Source: Octopus sinensis
Taxonomy: Eukaryota
Assembly (NCBI RefSeq): GCF_006345805.1
Contig: NW_021823608.1
Span: 1 to 24,066 of the forward strand
Reading direction: 5' to 3'
Length of the DNA stretch: 24,066 nucleotides
Made by a program: the position numbers and the translations under genes. Below the pieces are notes generated by a model. It had not been told where the DNA came from. It saw only the letters and a list, made by a program, of their open reading frames with translations, and did no database searches. Of the stretch, positions 19,905-24,066 are shown piece after piece (the first letter of the stretch is position 1; each line of letters opens with the position of its first letter).

Positions 19905-20550
19905 AAAATGGAAATGCGTGGAATGCATACACGAATCCCCTTCTTGGTCATCTGTTCAGTTCTTGAGTTGTCTTGATCTTCACCAAAAGTCTGGGGAATG
20001 TACCACAAGAGAGATCGGAAACCAGCCCCATCATTGTCCAGGTTTCGTCTCCATAGAAGAAGGCGAGTCTTATTTTGAAATACTCGTTAAATGTTTTGGA
20101 GTTTGTTACAGACACTCCAGGTTACTCTCTTGGATATTGAGAAGTCTTTCTTGCTGTCATCAATATCACGTGATCGCATGATCGACCTGACTATTGGACG
20201 TTGATATACATCGTTGGACACAATGCAATTTGCATCGTTTTAGCCCTCGAATGATGCCACCCTGCCGGCAAGGCGAGTAGGACAAAATCCCACCTCTCAC
20301 TAAAAAGACAGGTGGTTACAGGGTGACCTGTTTACAGCTGAACAGACTGGAGCAAAATGAAATGAAGTGTCTTGCTCAAGAACACAACGCGTCACTCGAT
20401 CCGAGAATCAAACCCACCACCTAGCGATCGTGACGGCAACACCCTAGCCGCTAGGTCACGTGCCTTGACGTCATCAACATAGGGCCTAGGAATTTGATGA
20501 CACTGATGTCTTTGAGCTGGGTGCCAACGTCGTGACAAATTGACGGATGG
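19905..20550 (-). pseudogene. Decayed RTE-clade LINE RT fragment, split by a SINE
   Basis: Removing the SINE and one TSD copy gives GTQLKDISVIKFLG/SYVDDSKKDFSISKRVTWSVCNKLQNI*, then KIRL..FFYGDETWTM...RLL. This matches the RTE string FKYLGSxI...D...R...AW.ACNKL.KIW...LLYGxETWT. Confidence 0.75.
20164..20469 (-). mobile_element. tRNA-derived SINE, family D head with the tail seen at 11.08-11.21 kb
   Basis: Reverse complement GGCACGTGACCTAGCGGCTAGGGTG...GGTTTGATTCTCGG...GTGTTCTTGAGCAAGACACTTCATT. TSD GTCATCAA at 20156-20163 and 20470-20477. Confidence 0.85.
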
Positions 20551-21012
20551 CTTTTATCTTTGTCGTTTCTGTCAATTCAGAAGAAAAGAATATTCTCTGG
20601 ATGGAAATTCTCTTTTGTCTTCTCGTTAATGAAGTGTTTGGTGCTGGTTGTGATGTATCGATGCATGTTTACGGTAAAGCATTTCACTAATGCTTTCGGT
20701 GGTGTTTGCTATTTACCACTTTCAGTATCACTGATCTCAATTGATTGAGTATATCTTCAGTGTTTGTATTATCTCCCCTGTCTTCTTGCGAGTGAGTGTG
20801 ATTCCTATTTCATAGTGTGCCAAACTTAAGAAAAAGTATTTGATAAGCGAGTTTGTTTGCTGTTATCATTCTTGTGTTTTATTAGAGATAGTAACTGAGA
20901 TATAATATTTTCGAGCTGTTGATGTTACTATTTATGTTGTATTAGGTTCTACTGCCGTACACGGCCATCGAATCTGATGGAGCCGTGAAATATATCTATC
21001 AAATATATGTAT

Positions 21013-21248
21013 AAAAGGCGGTGAGCTGGCAGAATCGTTAGCACACCGGGCGAAATGCTTAATGGTATTTCGACCGTCCCTACGTTCTGAGTTCAAATTC
21101 CGCAAAGGTCGACTTTACCCTTCATCCTTTCGGGGTCGATAAATTAAGTACCAGTTACGCACTGGGGTCGATGTAATCGACTTAATCCGTGTGTCTGTCC
21201 TTGTTTGTCCCCTATGTGTTTAGCCCCTTGTGGGTAGTAAAGAAATAG
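21013..21248 (+). mobile_element. SINE family B, full length, young copy
   Basis: AAAAGGCGGTGAGCTGGCAGAATCG (A box), GAGTTCAAATTCC (B box), 3' end GTAGTAAAGAAATAG. Perfect 12-bp TSD AAATATATGTAT (21001-21012, 21249-21260). Confidence 0.95.
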
Positions 21249-21329
21249 AAATATATGTATCAAATGCTATCTTTTTGACGCTTGCTGGATTGGGCTGTGT
21301 GAGGATTAAATATTTAGGTTGTCGAGACT

Positions 21330-21870
21330 CCACAAAAAATTCTGGTGTGGAGATATGAATCTATCGACTGCTCTGATGGCTGTGGAAATCCTTATCCACA
21401 CGATGTGTTACTCTCATCTACATACATTTATACCAAACAGTTGTAATGACATAGTGATCAAGAGCTTTGCTTTCGAAGGAAAAGATCACGAACGTGAAAT
21501 GTCTTGAGATATGCTACACACACACACGTGTGTGTGTGTGTGTGTATGTGTTGGATGGTAACAACTCTTTCTAATTTTGTCACAATACCAAAACAATAAC
21601 TTGAAACACTCAGGTGTTGATAATCAATCCCAGAATCTTTCGCACAAGCCCAGGAACACTGTGGGTAAGAGCAGTGGAAGTGACTCCAATTCTGGTACGA
21701 TAATATTACCGATACAGAATTCAAAATTCGATCCTTTTGAAATTAGAATGAATAAGCTGAACCAGTTCTCAGATAATAATCACCCTCAGTGGGTGGGAAA
21801 CGGCGTAGAAAAAGATGCGTTGCATGGAACGGCCCACCATTTTCCGGTGGAGTGAAAAAACATAGCCAAA
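21330..21870 (+). pseudogene. Possible very old RTE-like LINE C-terminal remnant (tentative)
   Basis: Scattered motif-like translations EI*IYRLL, KEKITNVKCL, KLNQF, VEKDALHG and RP..RWSEK loosely follow the RTE order EMWxYRRxL / EKxTNxEVL / KLxYFGH / LEKxxxxG / GRPxxRW, but the spacing is irregular. Confidence 0.3.
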
Positions 21871-22208
21871 AATAGTCTTCAAGAGACCGGACAGAGTCTT
21901 TCCTCCACAACATAAGTATTACGAAATAGTTAATGGAAATGATAGAAAATAACCAATTGAGCCAAGCCTAATGTGGCCACCATGAAAGTTGCGTCCAAGA
22001 GTATTAGATTGGCTAGACATAGCGTAAGTGGGATCCCTCGAGTAAAACCTCGTTCCCAAAGCATCAAAAGTGAACTCTTTTGTGGTTAGACAAATAAAAG
22101 CACTCAATCCGACGAGGCTGAAAAAAATAACATCCGAATGCAGAAAACTAATATTAATGATACGATGCGGAAAAACTACTCTGAGTATCAAAGAAATTAC
22201 TAACAATC

Positions 22209-22786
22209 CTTTCTACTATAGGCACAAGGCCTGAAATTTTGGGGGAGGGGTTAAGTCGATTATACCGACCCCATTATTCAATTGGTACTTAATCGTCTCC
22301 GAAAGGACGAAAGGCAAAGCCAACCTCGGTGGAATTTGAACTCAGAACGTAGCGGCAGACGAAATACCTATTTCTTTACTACCCACAAGGGGCTAAACAC
22401 AGAGAAGATAAACAAGGACAGACAAACGGATTAAGTCGATTATATCGACCCCAGTACGCAACTCGTACTTAATTTACCGACCCCGAAAGGATGAAAGGCA
22501 AAGTCAACCTCGGCGGAATTTGAACTCACAACATAGCGGCAGACGAAATACCTATTTCTTTACTACCCACAAGGGGCTAAACACAGAGAGGACAAACAAG
22601 GACAGACAAACGGATTAAGTCGATTATATCGACCCCAGTGCGTAACTGGTACTTAATTTATCGACTCCGAAAGGATGAAAGGCAAAGTCGACCTCGGCTG
22701 AATTTGAACTCAGAACATAGCGGCAGACGAAATACCACTAAGCATTTCATCCATCGTGCTAACGATTCTGCCAGCTTACCACCTTA
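22209..22786 (-). mobile_element. Tandem trimer of SINE family B (one head, three bodies)
   Basis: Units 22552-22786 (with head), 22368-22551 (184 bp, headless) and 22209-22367 (headless, different tail). Both junctions read GAAATAC|CTATTTC. Confidence 0.92.
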
Positions 22787-22819
22787 CATTTACAAGTATC
22801 ATGAGTAAGAATTTTCTTT

Positions 22820-23015
22820 AAGGCTGCGAACTGGCTGAATCGTTAGCACGCTGGGCAAAAAGCTCAGTGGTATCTCGTCTGGCTTTACGTTGAGTTCAAA
22901 ATGCTGCCAGGATCGAATTAGCTCTTCAACCTTTCGGAGTCGATAAAATAAGTACTAAATTAGTACTGGACTCGATGTAACCGACTTCCTCTTTTCCACA
23001 AAATTGCTGGCCTTG
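22820..23015 (+). mobile_element. SINE family B, diverged, alternative tail
   Basis: AAGGCTGCGAACTGGCTGAATCGTTAGCA...GAGTTCAAAATG...CCTTTCGGAGTCGATAAAATAAGTAC...GGCCTTG. Confidence 0.85.
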
Positions 23016-23096
23016 CCAATGATAATGGCATCCTTTATTCTCAGGTTCCCAATGTTTCGTTATATGGCATTATAGGAAGCTGTTAAGTATATTATG

Positions 23097-23097
<1 letters not shown>

Positions 23098-23136
<39 letters not shown>

Positions 23137-23159
23137 CTATATAATATATATATTATATA

Positions 23160-23202
<43 letters not shown>
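23098..23202. repeat. (TA)n microsatellite
   Basis: Direct inspection. Confidence 0.96.
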
Positions 23203-23206
<4 letters not shown>

Positions 23207-23207
23207 A

Positions 23208-23531
23208 GGCTCAGGAGTGGGTGTGTGGTAAGTAACTTGCTTACCAGCCTATGGTCCGGTTCAGTCTTATATCGTGCCACCTTGGGCAAGTGTTTTCTAT
23301 TATAGCCTCGGGCCGACAAAAGCCTTGTGAGTGAAACTGAAAGAAGCTCGTCATATATATTTATATATGTGTGTGTATATGTTTGTGTGTCTGTTTTTTT
23401 CCCCACCATCGCTCAACAACCAATGGTGGTGTGCTTACATCCGGCAAATGAGGTCGATAGATTAAGTACTAGTCTTACAAAGAATGTGTCCTGGGGTTGA
23501 TTTGTACGAATTAAGGCGGTGCTCCAGCATA
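23208..23531 (+). mobile_element. SINE family A, 3'-truncated
   Basis: GGCTCAGGAGTGGGTGTGTGGTAAG...CTTGGGCAAGTGTTTTCTATTATAGCCTCGGG...AAGGCGGTGCTCCAGCAT. Confidence 0.9.
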
Positions 23532-23724
23532 CCAGATTTTCAACTCGTGCCAAATACGCCAAATCGTTGTTAGAATGTTTTGAAATATTTTAACTGAAGA
23601 AGATCATACGTAATGAAAGCATTTCCTATTATCTAGTATGCAGACCTGAAACGTACGTATTAAATATTTCAAAATATCCGTTTAGTTTGACCTCATTATT
23701 ACAACTTACAAACATATATGCATA

Positions 23725-23746
23725 ATACATACATACATACTTGCAT

Positions 23747-23793
<47 letters not shown>

Positions 23794-23822
23794 CACACAC
23801 ACACACACATATATATATATAT
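23725..23822. repeat. (CATA)/(CA)/(TA) microsatellite
   Basis: Direct inspection. Confidence 0.95.
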
Positions 23823-24066
23823 GATCACACATGCATACGTATACATATTTATATGTATAAATGTATGCATAGTTATATATGATTTCGAAGTCACAGCCAA
23901 TTTCGAAGTTTCACTTATCCAGCTAGCGATGTTGATCACAGGATTAACTTCGAATTCACTGTCAACCTTTTGTTTGCAGAAATAAATTTTATAATCTCCG
24001 TATAATACATATTGTGAGTTGTTTGTCAGATTATGTTTGTATGTCTTTTTGTATGATTATACATAA

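Noticed and set aside
106-24066. ORF track entries as protein-coding genes
   Set aside because: Almost all are translations of microsatellites (poly-I/Y, H/T, D, S, K/E) or of SINE bodies (recurring EDTCPRCHAVGLNPEP-type peptides). None has a recognisable intact domain; the only protein similarity is to broken TE proteins.

Overview
Eukaryotic, repeat-dominated, non-coding DNA (intergenic or intronic). The SINE families, very long (TA)n/(CA)n/trinucleotide tracts and overall style suggest an octopod cephalopod (Octopus-like) genome; this is an inference from remembered repeat families, not a database match. I found no intact protein-coding gene. Nearly all ORFs in the supplied track are translations of microsatellites or SINEs. 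Supported content: (1) about 20 copies or fragments of tRNA-derived SINEs in at least 3-4 families (called A-D here), several with target-site duplications (TSDs) and some nested; (2) decayed non-LTR retrotransposon RT remnants of three kinds (CR1/L2/Jockey-group-like 4.64-5.63 kb, R4/Dong-like 10.07-10.46 kb, RTE-like 19.9-20.55 kb); (3) two hAT (Charlie/Buster-type) DNA transposon derivatives, one with a transposase C-terminal remnant, plus a nested 427-bp MITE; (4) many simple repeats. The most unusual structures are a 1.6-kb array of about 35 quasi-palindromic GGACTTTTCCAGGAAGTCC cores starting where the CR1-like ORF2 ends, a head-to-tail SINE concatemer of 184-bp units joined at an identical palindromic junction, two long fold-back hairpins (12.17-12.31 kb and 14.69-14.86 kb), and a twin stem-loop module shared by two SINE families. 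None of these shows a new biological system on its own; they are leads.
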